From an uncultured Alistipes sp. (GTDB taxonomy: Bacteria > Bacteroidota > Bacteroidia > Bacteroidales > Rikenellaceae), in the NCBI GenBank assembly GCA_944321175.1, contig CALUKI010000006.1:38265-102264 (forward strand): a stretch of DNA of 64,000 nucleotides, given 5' to 3'. Position numbers and translations under genes: made by a program. The notes below the pieces were generated by a model. The model did no database searches, was not told the origin of the DNA, and saw only the letters and a program-made list of their open reading frames with translations. Within the stretch, counting starts at the first letter, position 1. Each line of letters opens with the position of its first letter. This document shows positions 1-11,777 of the stretch, piece by piece.

Positions 1-293
1 CAATAAGCGAAATTGCCATTATTATTTTTTTGCAATATTTTTTAATATTTTGTAATATTGCAAAAACGATATGACAACGGAAAAGAGGCCGAATTCCCGT
101 CTGCCCGGACTGCCGCACCGCCTGGAGCCTTTTTTCAGGGGTTTATGCGGGAAAACAAGGGACCGGCAGAAAAGGAGAGGGCGTAAGGAGAATGCGATTT
201 ATCGGAGTTTTTATCGGTGCTTTTGGAGGTTTTAAGCATACCTGCCGCATACTATTCCACCCCCGTAAAGCGTTTTGAGAGACGATATATTAA

Positions 294-1832
<1,539 letters not shown>

Positions 1833-1897
1833 CCGCACACGGCGCAAATGCCGCGACGCGAACGCAACAAAGAACAAGCAGTATAGGAGAGAAAGAC

Positions 1898-2185
1898 ATG
1901 CAACTCGTTATCGTAGCACCGACCGGCATCCTCTGCCGCACGACGATCGACAGCATCTCGCTGCCCGGCGAGGCGGGAGCATTTACCGTATTGCCCCGCC
2001 ATGCTCCGATCATCGCACGACTTGCGGCCGGCACGGTCCGCTATGAGGAACAGGGAAAAACGGAACGGATCAACATCTCCGGCGGCTTCGTGCGGGTTCA
2101 CGACGACCGGATCGAAGTGTGCGCCGAACTCTCCGGCGGCACAGACAAAAACGACTTGCAAACGGATGATCGGATTCAATCATAA
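1898..2185 (+). CDS. atpC: ATP synthase subunit epsilon (short, N-terminal beta-sandwich only)
   Basis: LPGEAGAFTVLPRHAPII and ISGGFVRV match the epsilon N-domain; directly follows atpD. Confidence 0.93.
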   Translation: MQLVIVAPTGILCRTTIDSISLPGEAGAFTVLPRHAPIIARLAAGTVRYEEQGKTERINISGGFVRVHDDRIEVCAELSGGTDKNDLQTDDRIQS

Positions 2186-2192
2186 CAACGGC

Positions 2193-3483
<1,291 letters not shown>

Positions 3484-3504
3484 TTCAACGAACAAAAACG
3501 AGCC

Positions 3505-4017
3505 ATGGGACTTTTGCAACCCGAATCGGGACTTGTTTTCTGGATGCTGCTTTCATTCGCGGTCGTCTTCGTGCTCGTGGCAAAGTACGGATTTCCGGTA
3601 ATTTTGCGGGCCATCGATTCGCGCAAGGAGTACATCGACTCATCGCTCGACGCCGCAAAAAAGGCGGAACGCAAACTCGACGGGATCCGTGCCGAAGGCG
3701 AAGCGTTGCGGGAAGCCGCCGAAGCCCGTCAACGCGAAATCCTGCAGGATGCCGCCGAAACCCGTGAACGGATCGTGCAGGAGGCCAAACGCAAGGCCGA
3801 TGCCGAAGGGCAGCGTATCGTCGCCGCAGCGCGAGAGCAGGCCGCAACCGAACGTGAAGCGATCCTGCAGGATGCACGGCGCCAGGTGGCGCTGCTTTCG
3901 GTCGCCATTTCCGAAAAACTGCTGCGCGGAAAACTGACCGACAAAGCAGCGCAGACGCAACTTGCCGAACGGCTGTTCGACGAATTCGAACAACACCAGA
4001 ACAGGGACAAATCGTAG
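3505..4017 (+). CDS. atpF: ATP synthase subunit b
   Basis: N-terminal TM segment then charged coiled coil; operon position. Confidence 0.96.
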   Translation: MGLLQPESGLVFWMLLSFAVVFVLVAKYGFPVILRAIDSRKEYIDSSLDAAKKAERKLDGIRAEGEALREAAEARQREILQDAAETRERIVQEAKRKADAEGQRIVAAAREQAATEREAILQDARRQVALLSVAISEKLLRGKLTDKAAQTQLAERLFDEFEQHQNRDKS

Positions 4018-4021
4018 AGCC

Positions 4022-4576
4022 ATGTATGTGGGATTGATAGCCAGACGTTATGCAACGGCATTGTATGCCTTCGCGGCGGCAAATGCCGAGGAAGAGCGTG
4101 CCTGTGAAGAGGTGCGGCGTCTGATCGTGCGTTACAGGGAGCACCCTTCGATACGGACGGCTCTCTTCTCGCCGGTTCTGAGCGTCGATGACAAGCTCGA
4201 ACTGATACGGAAACTCTTCGGAGGCGCTCCGTGCGTGACGCTCGAACGATTCATCCGGCTGGTCATCGTCCACCATCGCGAACGCTATCTCTTCTTCATG
4301 CTCAACTCGTTCATTGCGGTCTATGAGGAGCGCCACAACATCCGGGAGGCGACGCTTGCCACGGCATCGTCCGTTGATGAAGCGGTCGTGGAGCGCATTT
4401 GCGAAGAGGCCCGAACCAAAACAGGGGGAGAAATTCACCTGCGGCATGAAATCCGTCCCGAATTGTTGGGGGGATTCGTTCTCCGGTTGGGGGACATGCT
4501 GATCGATGCCAGCATCGCCGGACAACTGGAGCGGTTGAAACGGAAATTCAGGGAAAAGCCCGACAGAATCGTATAA
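4022..4576 (+). CDS. atpH: ATP synthase subunit delta
   Basis: [11 protein letters not shown]-terminus and [19 protein letters not shown]-terminus; start at ATG 4022. Confidence 0.95.
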   Translation: MYVGLIARRYATALYAFAAANAEEERACEEVRRLIVRYREHPSIRTALFSPVLSVDDKLELIRKLFGGAPCVTLERFIRLVIVHHRERYLFFMLNSFIAVYEERHNIREATLATASSVDEAVVERICEEARTKTGGEIHLRHEIRPELLGGFVLRLGDMLIDASIAGQLERLKRKFREKPDRIV

Positions 4577-4580
4577 AACC

Positions 4581-6167
4581 ATGAAAACAGACAATATCAA
4601 AGCGGCCGAAGTGTCGGAAGCGTTGCTTGCCGAGTTGCAGGATACCGATCTGACGGCGCAATATGCCGAAGTAGGGACGGTGTTGCAGGTCAGCGACGGC
4701 GTCGTGCGCATCTACGGACTCGGAAACGCCGAAGCCAACGAACTGCTCGAATTCGACAACGGCATGAAGGCCGTCGTAATGAATCTCGAAGAGGACAACG
4801 TCGGTGCCATACTGCTCGGCCCCACCGACCTCGTCAAGGAGGGAGATACCGTGCGGCGGACGGGCCACATGGCCTCCATCCATGTAAACGAAGCCCTGCT
4901 GGGACGTGTCATCACACCGCTTGGCGAACCCCTTGACGGGAAAGGCGCGGTCGAAGGCCCGACGATCGAAATGCCGCTCGAACGCAAGGCTCCGGGCGTC
5001 ATCTTCCGCCAACCCGTCAACGAGCCACTGCAGACCGGTCTCAAGGCCGTCGATGCCATGATTCCGATCGGCCGCGGGCAGCGCGAACTGATCATCGGCG
5101 ACCGCCAGACCGGAAAAACGGCCATCGCCATCGATACGATCATCAACCAGCGGCGCAATTTCGAGGCGGGGGACCCGATCTACTGCATCTATGTGGCCGT
5201 AGGGCAGAAAGCCTCGACGGTCGCGTCGCTCGTGGCCACGCTGCGCCAGCACGGCGCGATGGACTATACCATCGTCGTAGCCGCCACGGCGGCCGATTCC
5301 GCCGCCATGCAATATTTCGCACCTTTCGCCGGTGCGGCCATCGGCGAATATTTCCGCGATACGGGACGTCATGCGCTGGTCGTCTATGACGATCTGTCGA
5401 AACAGGCGGTCGCCTATCGCGAGGTTTCATTGATCCTGCGCCGGCCGTCGGGGCGCGAAGCCTATCCGGGCGACATTTTCTATCTGCATTCCCGGCTGCT
5501 GGAGCGTGCCGCAAAGATCATCGCCCAGCAGGAGGTGGCCGAACAGATGAACGATCTGCCCGAATCGCTGCGCGGCAAGGTGCGCGGCGGAGGGTCGCTC
5601 ACGGCGCTTCCCATCATCGAGACACAGGCCGGCGACGTTTCGGCCTATATCCCGACCAACGTAATCTCCATTACCGACGGGCAGATCTTCCTCGACACAA
5701 ACCTTTTCAATCAGGGGAACCGTCCGGCCATCGATGTGGGAATCTCGGTTTCGCGTGTGGGCGGGAACGCCCAGCTCAAAGCCATGAAGAAGGTGGCCGG
5801 AACACTGAAGATCGACCAGGCGCAGTACCGCGAACTGGAGGCCTTTTCCCGCTTCAGCAGCGACATGGATCCCGTAACGGCCGCCGTACTGGACAAAGGA
5901 CGCAAAAATACACGGCTGCTCGTACAGCCGCAATATTCGCCCATGCCCATCGAAGAACAGATCGCCGTGCTTTATTGCGGCACGCACGGCCTCATGCGCG
6001 ACCTGCCGCTCGCAAAAATCGCCGACTTCGAACGGATGCTGATCCGACTGCTCGAAGCCTCCGACAACGATGTTCTGGACTCCTTGCGCAAGGGTATCAT
6101 CGACGATGCCGCAAGCGCAAGGATCGAAGCGGCCGCAGCCCGTGCCGTCGCGTCACTTAAAGCATAA
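4581..6167 (+). CDS. atpA: ATP synthase subunit alpha
   Basis: GDRQTGKT Walker [17 protein letters not shown]. Confidence 0.99.
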   Translation: MKTDNIKAAEVSEALLAELQDTDLTAQYAEVGTVLQVSDGVVRIYGLGNAEANELLEFDNGMKAVVMNLEEDNVGAILLGPTDLVKEGDTVRRTGHMASIHVNEALLGRVITPLGEPLDGKGAVEGPTIEMPLERKAPGVIFRQPVNEPLQTGLKAVDAMIPIGRGQRELIIGDRQTGKTAIAIDTIINQRRNFEAGDPIYCIYVAVGQKASTVASLVATLRQHGAMDYTIVVAATAADSAAMQYFAPFAGAAIGEYFRDTGRHALVVYDDLSKQAVAYREVSLILRRPSGREAYPGDIFYLHSRLLERAAKIIAQQEVAEQMNDLPESLRGKVRGGGSLTALPIIETQAGDVSAYIPTNVISITDGQIFLDTNLFNQGNRPAIDVGISVSRVGGNAQLKAMKKVAGTLKIDQAQYRELEAFSRFSSDMDPVTAAVLDKGRKNTRLLVQPQYSPMPIEEQIAVLYCGTHGLMRDLPLAKIADFERMLIRLLEASDNDVLDSLRKGIIDDAASARIEAAAARAVASLKA

Positions 6168-6172
6168 CGGAG

Positions 6173-7042
6173 ATGGCTTCCCTTAAAGAGATCCGCTCAC
6201 GCATCGCGTCGGTCAACAGCACGCTGAAGATCACCTCGGCCATGAAGATGGTCGCGTCGGCGAAGCTGCACCGCGTACAGTCGAATGCCGAGGCGCTGAC
6301 CGAATACGAGAAACATCTCTCGCTGATGGCTTCCGTACTTGTCCGGCGCCTCGGCGATTCGGTCGTCTCGCCGCTGACGCTTCCGCACAAAACGGAAAGA
6401 CATGCGGCCGTCGTCGCCATCGCATCGAACGGTTCACTGTGCGGCGCGTTCAACGCCAATGCGGTCCACGCGCTGGAAGATACCGTAAAACGGCTGCATA
6501 ATGAGGGAGTTGCGGATATCACGATATATCCTGTCGGAGAGAAGATCGTCCAAGCGGCACACAAGGCCGGATATGACACCTGCGATGATTTCCAGTCGTT
6601 GGCCGGCGCTCCCGCCTACGACCGCACGACGGATCTGGCCTGCCGGCTCATGGAGCAGTTCACAGCAGGAAAGATCGACCGCGTGCTGCTCGTCTATAAC
6701 CATTTCCACTCGATGGGGCATCAGAAGCCCTGCGAGGAGATCTTTCTGCCGATGGATTTTTCGGCAAACGAAGCCGGCGCGGAAGAGGGGAATCCCGACC
6801 TTTACCTTTTCGAGCCGGAGGCCCCCAGACTGCTGGATGAACTGATTCCCTATGCCCTGCGCACCCGAATGTACCGGGTTCTGCTGGACAGCGCAACGGC
6901 GGAACACGCCGCCCGGACCGTTGCCATGCAAACCGCATCGGACAATGCGCGGGAGCTGCTCGATGAATTGTCGCTGAGCTACAACAAACGCCGGCAGCAG
7001 GCCATTACCGATGAACTGGCCGACATCGCGGGTGCGAACTGA
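6173..7042 (+). CDS. atpG: ATP synthase subunit gamma
   Basis: ITSAMKMVAS N-terminus and RQQAITDEL C-terminus. Confidence 0.98.
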   Translation: MASLKEIRSRIASVNSTLKITSAMKMVASAKLHRVQSNAEALTEYEKHLSLMASVLVRRLGDSVVSPLTLPHKTERHAAVVAIASNGSLCGAFNANAVHALEDTVKRLHNEGVADITIYPVGEKIVQAAHKAGYDTCDDFQSLAGAPAYDRTTDLACRLMEQFTAGKIDRVLLVYNHFHSMGHQKPCEEIFLPMDFSANEAGAEEGNPDLYLFEPEAPRLLDELIPYALRTRMYRVLLDSATAEHAARTVAMQTASDNARELLDELSLSYNKRRQQAITDELADIAGAN

Positions 7043-7127
7043 CCTCGGCCGTTGGGGCGGACGGCAAGCCGGAATACATGGGCACATGCCTGCCGGCAGA
7101 GACCCCGAAGCCGAAGAAGGCCTGCCT

Positions 7128-7176
7128 GCAAACAGCGTCCCCTGTCTTCGCGACGAAGGCAGGGGACGCTGTTTGC
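7128..7176. terminator. Long hairpin between convergent atpG and DUF4924 gene
   Basis: GCAAACAGCGTCCCCTGTCTTCG-cga-CGAAGGCAGGGGACGCTGTTTGC, 23-bp stem with one G-U. Confidence 0.7.
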
Positions 7177-7295
7177 TCCCTGTCTCGGCCGGCCCGTCCC
7201 CCCCCGCTCTTCGGCAGGTTTCCCAAGAGCGTCCCGCCATGGACCGTGCCCTCGTCGAAGCGAGGACAAGGCCGCCCCTGTCGGGAGGGAAGGAA

Positions 7296-7859
7296 TCACG
7301 GCTCCTTTCCGGACTCGAAAAGATCGACCTCGCCTCGTTCGACCCGTCCGTACATCGCCGCGAGTTCGGCAATGACGGGCGATATGAGTTCGACGGTATC
7401 GTCCGCAGCCTGCCCGCCGCCCTCACCGCGGATACGATAGAGTACAGCCGCATACAACGCACGGAAACAGAGCTCCGTATCGCTCATCTCGGCCCGCCCC
7501 AGTACGGCCCGCAAACGCGGCAGTTCCGGCGACAGCCGCGCGTAAAGTTCCCGATAATGCGCTCCCACCGGCAATTGCATGAGTTGCAGATGCAGATTGT
7601 GCAGATCCGCAATCAGATGAAGCGTATGATCCAGGTGTCCCTGCCGTTCCTTACCCTCCTGCCGCAAAAGATCGGCGATATCCATGTACCACTCCAGATA
7701 GAGCCGTTGCTGCGGCTCGGAGAGCCCGCGCGGCTTTATCAATTGGGAATATACCGCTTCCGGGCTGAACTGCAGCGCCCGCAGCAGGTCCTCCAACTGC
7801 CAGAGATACAAAATATATTCGGCGATATTCTCCCGCCGCTTCGCTTTGGCGATGTCCAT
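7296..7859 (-). CDS. DUF4924-family protein
   Basis: RRENIAEYILYLWQLEDLLRA N-terminus recognised from memory as the Bacteroidetes DUF4924 family. Confidence 0.85.
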   Translation of the reverse strand: MDIAKAKRRENIAEYILYLWQLEDLLRALQFSPEAVYSQLIKPRGLSEPQQRLYLEWYMDIADLLRQEGKERQGHLDHTLHLIADLHNLHLQLMQLPVGAHYRELYARLSPELPRLRAVLGRAEMSDTELCFRALYAAVLYRIRGEGGGQAADDTVELISPVIAELAAMYGRVERGEVDLFESGKEP

Positions 7860-8033
7860 ATGCTGTATGTTCTTTCGACGGCCGACACGACGTCAACCCG
7901 CTTTCACCGTATCACAATGTCAAGAGCTGCCCTTCAGACCTCCGGCACGCCGGATTCCGATCGGGGACCCATCTCCAAATCAAAGCGTCCGACTGCAAAT
8001 CGGACGCCGGAAATTACGGAACAGTCCGTTCCG

Positions 8034-8041
8034 CAAAGGTA
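8034..8041 (-). promoter_or_regulatory. Bacteroidetes -7 promoter element (TACCTTTG) for the DUF4924 gene
   Basis: Matches TAnnTTTG on the minus strand, about 175 nt upstream of the start. Confidence 0.55.
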
Positions 8042-8072
8042 GAAAATTCAACGGTCAATTCCTATTGTCCGG

Positions 8073-10310
8073 TCATTTGGCATAGTAAAGCCAGCTCTTG
8101 ATGACCCCTTTCGTCTCAAGAAAATGCCGTTGGGCCTTCAACAGATTCCGCAGCTGGAGCACCATCGTGCGGGTCTCGTTGAGAATCGTCAGATAGAGCA
8201 TGCTGGCCTTCGTGCTGCTCTTTCCGGGACTGTTGAGACGCTTCAATTCACTCTTGATCGCATCCGAAATCGTCTCGAAAAGACGGTCACGCATGGAAAG
8301 TACAAGGTCGATGTCCCCGAAATCGTTGCTCGTCAACATCGCATTGACCCGACGGTAGATGCCCTCCACCTCATCGCCCACACGAATCAGGTCGGAGGTC
8401 TGTTCGCGCGTCAGTCCTTCGTGGTTGTTGTCGATGTGGTCGAATGCCGGACGGACGATATGTGCGAGCGATTTGGTAAGCTCATTGAGATAATCCACCG
8501 CCTGGACATAGTATTGCGCCGTATCGAGATCCGTCTCCCGCAACTCGCGCAACGTGGACATCATCCGGTATTTCTTTTCACGCATCTGGTTGTACAGCTC
8601 CGACGCCTCCCGATTCAGATCCCGCAAAACCTTCCGGTTCTCCTTGAAAACGGCCAGCAGCGTCCGATCGTAGATCCGCGTTGCAGTGTTGATCGTCGTA
8701 CTCACCCCCGTTGCAATCTCTTCAACGACATTCTCCTGCGTCACGACAGTCTTTGCAATGATCGAATCTTTCTGTTTCTTGATGAAATTGCTGTGAATAA
8801 GCATGTAACCGGCCAGTACCGTCAGCAGAATAAGCACCGGTGTTCCGCCATAAACGAGCGCCAGCCCGACGATGTAGGCGATGATGAACCCGCCGACGGC
8901 TGTCACGAACCACCCCGCGACAACGGTCATCACGCCCGAGATGCGATATACGGCCGTTTCACGGCCCCAGGCACGGTCGGCCAGCGAGGAACCCATTGCG
9001 ACCATGAAAGTCACATAGGTCGTTGAGAGCGGCAGCTTGAACGATGTCGCCAGGGCGATCAGCAACGCGGACGTCGTAAGATTTACCGTCGCGCGGATCA
9101 TGTCGAACGGCGCACCCGTATGTTCGATATCGACCACTTCGAAACGCCGCGAGACCGCTTCGCGCACACGTTTGGGGACAACCCGATCTACGGCATGGTT
9201 GGCACTGAGCGTCGCGCGAACGATGGTTCGTGCAAAGGCCGAGGAGCCGTATTCGCGCTGCTCCTGCTCATCGTTCTGGCTGGCCAGCGAAAGCTCGGTT
9301 TCGGTAACGTGCATGGCCTTGCGCGAGATCCACAAGGTAAGGATCATGATTCCTCCCGCGCCCAGCAGGAAAATGAAATTGGTCGGCACGTTCTCGTTGA
9401 GAGCCTCCATCGTCATCGACGGATCTCCGGTAGCCTGTGCGATCTTGAAGGCATCCCAGCCTGCAATCGGGACACCGATAAAGTTCACGAGGTCGTTGCC
9501 GGCAAATGCGAGCGCAAGGGCGAACGTACCGCCCAGAATCGTGATACGCAGGATATTGATCCGGAACCGCTGCATGAAAAAGAGGATCAGGCTGCATACG
9601 ATCCAGCAGCAGAGAACCGCCAGCAGAATATGCTCCTCGACCATATGAATGAACGCCGTATGGGAAAGGGTGTGTTTGAGTCCCTTGAAAAGCGCGAAAT
9701 AGACGATAGCCGTGAGCGAAGCCCCGCACCACAACGCACCGTAACGGCGCAGCCCCCGCGTGTAGCGGAACGAAAAGATCAGACGCGAGATGTACATGGC
9801 GATTGTACCGACCGTCAGCGAAATGACCACTGAAAGCAGAATCGCCGCGACAATACCCAGTGCCCGCCCCGAATGGATGAACTCTCCGAGATTGCCCATC
9901 GTAAGGGAGTCGCTGCCGGCAATCTTGTAGGTGGAGACGGCAACGGCTGCACCCAACAGACAGAAGATCAATGAGACGGTCGTCGATGTGGGCAGCCCCC
10001 ACGAATTGTAGAGGTCGATCAGGATGATGTTGGCGAACATCACGCCCAGATAGAGCAGGATGACCTCGTGGAAAGTAAACTGCGCGGGATTGAACATCCC
10101 GTTGCGGGCAACCTCCATCATGCCGCTCGATGTGATCGTACCGACCAGAATGCCGATCGAGGCAACGATGAGAATCGTCCGTCGGGAGGCGGCTTTTGAA
10201 CCGATGGCGGAGTTGAGGAAATTCACGGCGTCGTTCGTAACGCCGACAAAGAGGCCGGAAACGGCCAGAAATGCCAGGATGGCAATGATTGCAAGATAGA
10301 TCGGGTCCAT
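8073..10310 (-). CDS. PiT-family inorganic phosphate transporter with PhoU-like C-terminal helical domain
   Basis: GVTNDAVNF and FAGNDLVNF PiT signatures, LPTSTT and LPLSTT motifs, soluble helical tail; start trimmed to MDPIYL. Confidence 0.92.
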   Translation of the reverse strand: MDPIYLAIIAILAFLAVSGLFVGVTNDAVNFLNSAIGSKAASRRTILIVASIGILVGTITSSGMMEVARNGMFNPAQFTFHEVILLYLGVMFANIILIDLYNSWGLPTSTTVSLIFCLLGAAVAVSTYKIAGSDSLTMGNLGEFIHSGRALGIVAAILLSVVISLTVGTIAMYISRLIFSFRYTRGLRRYGALWCGASLTAIVYFALFKGLKHTLSHTAFIHMVEEHILLAVLCCWIVCSLILFFMQRFRINILRITILGGTFALALAFAGNDLVNFIGVPIAGWDAFKIAQATGDPSMTMEALNENVPTNFIFLLGAGGIMILTLWISRKAMHVTETELSLASQNDEQEQREYGSSAFARTIVRATLSANHAVDRVVPKRVREAVSRRFEVVDIEHTGAPFDMIRATVNLTTSALLIALATSFKLPLSTTYVTFMVAMGSSLADRAWGRETAVYRISGVMTVVAGWFVTAVGGFIIAYIVGLALVYGGTPVLILLTVLAGYMLIHSNFIKKQKDSIIAKTVVTQENVVEEIATGVSTTINTATRIYDRTLLAVFKENRKVLRDLNREASELYNQMREKKYRMMSTLRELRETDLDTAQYYVQAVDYLNELTKSLAHIVRPAFDHIDNNHEGLTREQTSDLIRVGDEVEGIYRRVNAMLTSNDFGDIDLVLSMRDRLFETISDAIKSELKRLNSPGKSSTKASMLYLTILNETRTMVLQLRNLLKAQRHFLETKGVIKSWLYYAK

Positions 10311-10375
10311 AAATAAATTGGTTTGCAGGACAAATTTACGGCGAAAAAGGGAGCGGCACACGCACCGGCGCAAAA

Positions 10376-10416
10376 ATTAACGGTATGGTAAGGATTCCTT
10401 AACGCAAATTTAACAC
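10376..10416. promoter_or_regulatory. 11-bp-phased direct-repeat array (Pho-box-like) upstream of the PiT gene
   Basis: ATTAACGG-tat-GGTAAGGA-ttc-CTTAACGC-aaa-TTTAACAC; overlaps TAAATTTG at 10405-10412; a second TAAATTTG lies at 10331-10338 (both minus strand). Confidence 0.5.
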
Positions 10417-10706
10417 ATGCGCCGGTTGCGGCCGGCCGGGTGGCGCAGGTGCAGATTTCTTGCCGCACGCGCTCGTCGCGGCAGGAAAAATGAAGCATAT
10501 CCCGATCCGTGAATCCGTCAGGCATGCAACCGGCCCGTTCGGGAATCGGAATGCAGGGAAATATCCGTCCGAAAGGGCGCGGAGCGGCAGCATCCCGCAA
10601 AAGTGCGGAAAGACGTTCGACGGAAGCGGCCAGCAACGGGGGGGGGGCGGAGACAGCGAAGGCGCGGACCGGAGAATCCGCCCAAAAGGGAGAGGGGGGG
10701 GGTGAA

Positions 10707-11360
10707 TCAATAGAGATAGAAGACGATTGCCACGAAATGGCTGATCGCCGCCACGTTGATGAGCAGGTGCCAAACCATGTGATGGTACCGGAACCCCTTG
10801 CGGGCATAGACCCACGCTCCGGCCGTATAGAGGAGCCCTCCGACAGCAATCAGCACCAGCATCGGCGTCGAGGCGTGCCGCACGAACAACGGCATGAAAA
10901 AGACGATCGTCCAGCCCATTACCAGATAGATCGTCAGGCTGACAGCCGGAATCGACCGCCGCGCCAGCGATTTGTAAATGATGCCGAAAAGCACCATGAC
11001 CCATTGCAGGATCGTAATGAAAATCCCCTGCCAGCCCCCGATGACCGACAGTGCGATCGGCGTGTAGGTCCCCGCAATGGCCACATAGATGAAAATATGG
11101 TCGAGAATATGGAAAATCTCCTTGTGCCGCGACGCGGGGTGCATCGAATGGTAAAGGGTCGAGCCGAGAAACATCAGCAACAACGAGATGACGAAAACGC
11201 TCGTGGCAAAAGCCGCAAGCGCTCCGGCATGCAGGTAGGCGTGCACGGCGGCAAAGGGCAGGGCCGCAAGCGTCAGACAGACCATTACGCCATGCGATAC
11301 CGCATTGGCGACCTCCTCTCCGACAGTCGGGACATAAACGGGTTTCCGCTCTGCACGCAT
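10707..11360 (-). CDS. Hemolysin III / PAQR-family membrane protein
   Basis: EEVANAVSHG, STLYH, LDHIFIY and HMVWHL His motifs, about 7 TM; start trimmed to MRAERK; TACTTTTG element at 11387-11394. Confidence 0.93.
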   Translation of the reverse strand: MRAERKPVYVPTVGEEVANAVSHGVMVCLTLAALPFAAVHAYLHAGALAAFATSVFVISLLLMFLGSTLYHSMHPASRHKEIFHILDHIFIYVAIAGTYTPIALSVIGGWQGIFITILQWVMVLFGIIYKSLARRSIPAVSLTIYLVMGWTIVFFMPLFVRHASTPMLVLIAVGGLLYTAGAWVYARKGFRYHHMVWHLLINVAAISHFVAIVFYLY

Positions 11361-11703
11361 GATGGTTCTCCTGATGGTTCTCCTGCCAAAAGTAACGATA
11401 AATTCGGTTGCATGTATCATCGGACAGCGGTTTTTTGCAGGACAAGGCACAAAGACTGCGCCGTTCGGCACCCGGCATTCCGGTCCCTGCAGTCCGGATC
11501 GGGCCAAAAGCCCGAAAGAGAGCCGCCGGAAACCGGCGGAAGAGGCAACCCGCAAATGGGATATGAGGCGGACTGGCAGCGCACGGCCGCAGACGGGCGG
11601 GCCGGAAGCAGGGAAAACGCCGCAGCCGGAAGCGCAAGAGGGGCAGGCGGAGCAGGAGGGCGCCTTCATGCCCGCAGGTGTACGATGTCTCGCAAAATTT
11701 CCG

Positions 11704-11711
11704 TAACTTTG
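11704..11711 (+). promoter_or_regulatory. -7 promoter element (TAACTTTG) for relA
   Basis: TAnnTTTG consensus 66 nt upstream of the ATG. Confidence 0.6.
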
Positions 11712-11777
11712 CTGCGTTGGCTCTAAAACCGTTCAACAGGAGTCTCCGCACTCCGAAAATTCCGGGAGGACAAAACG

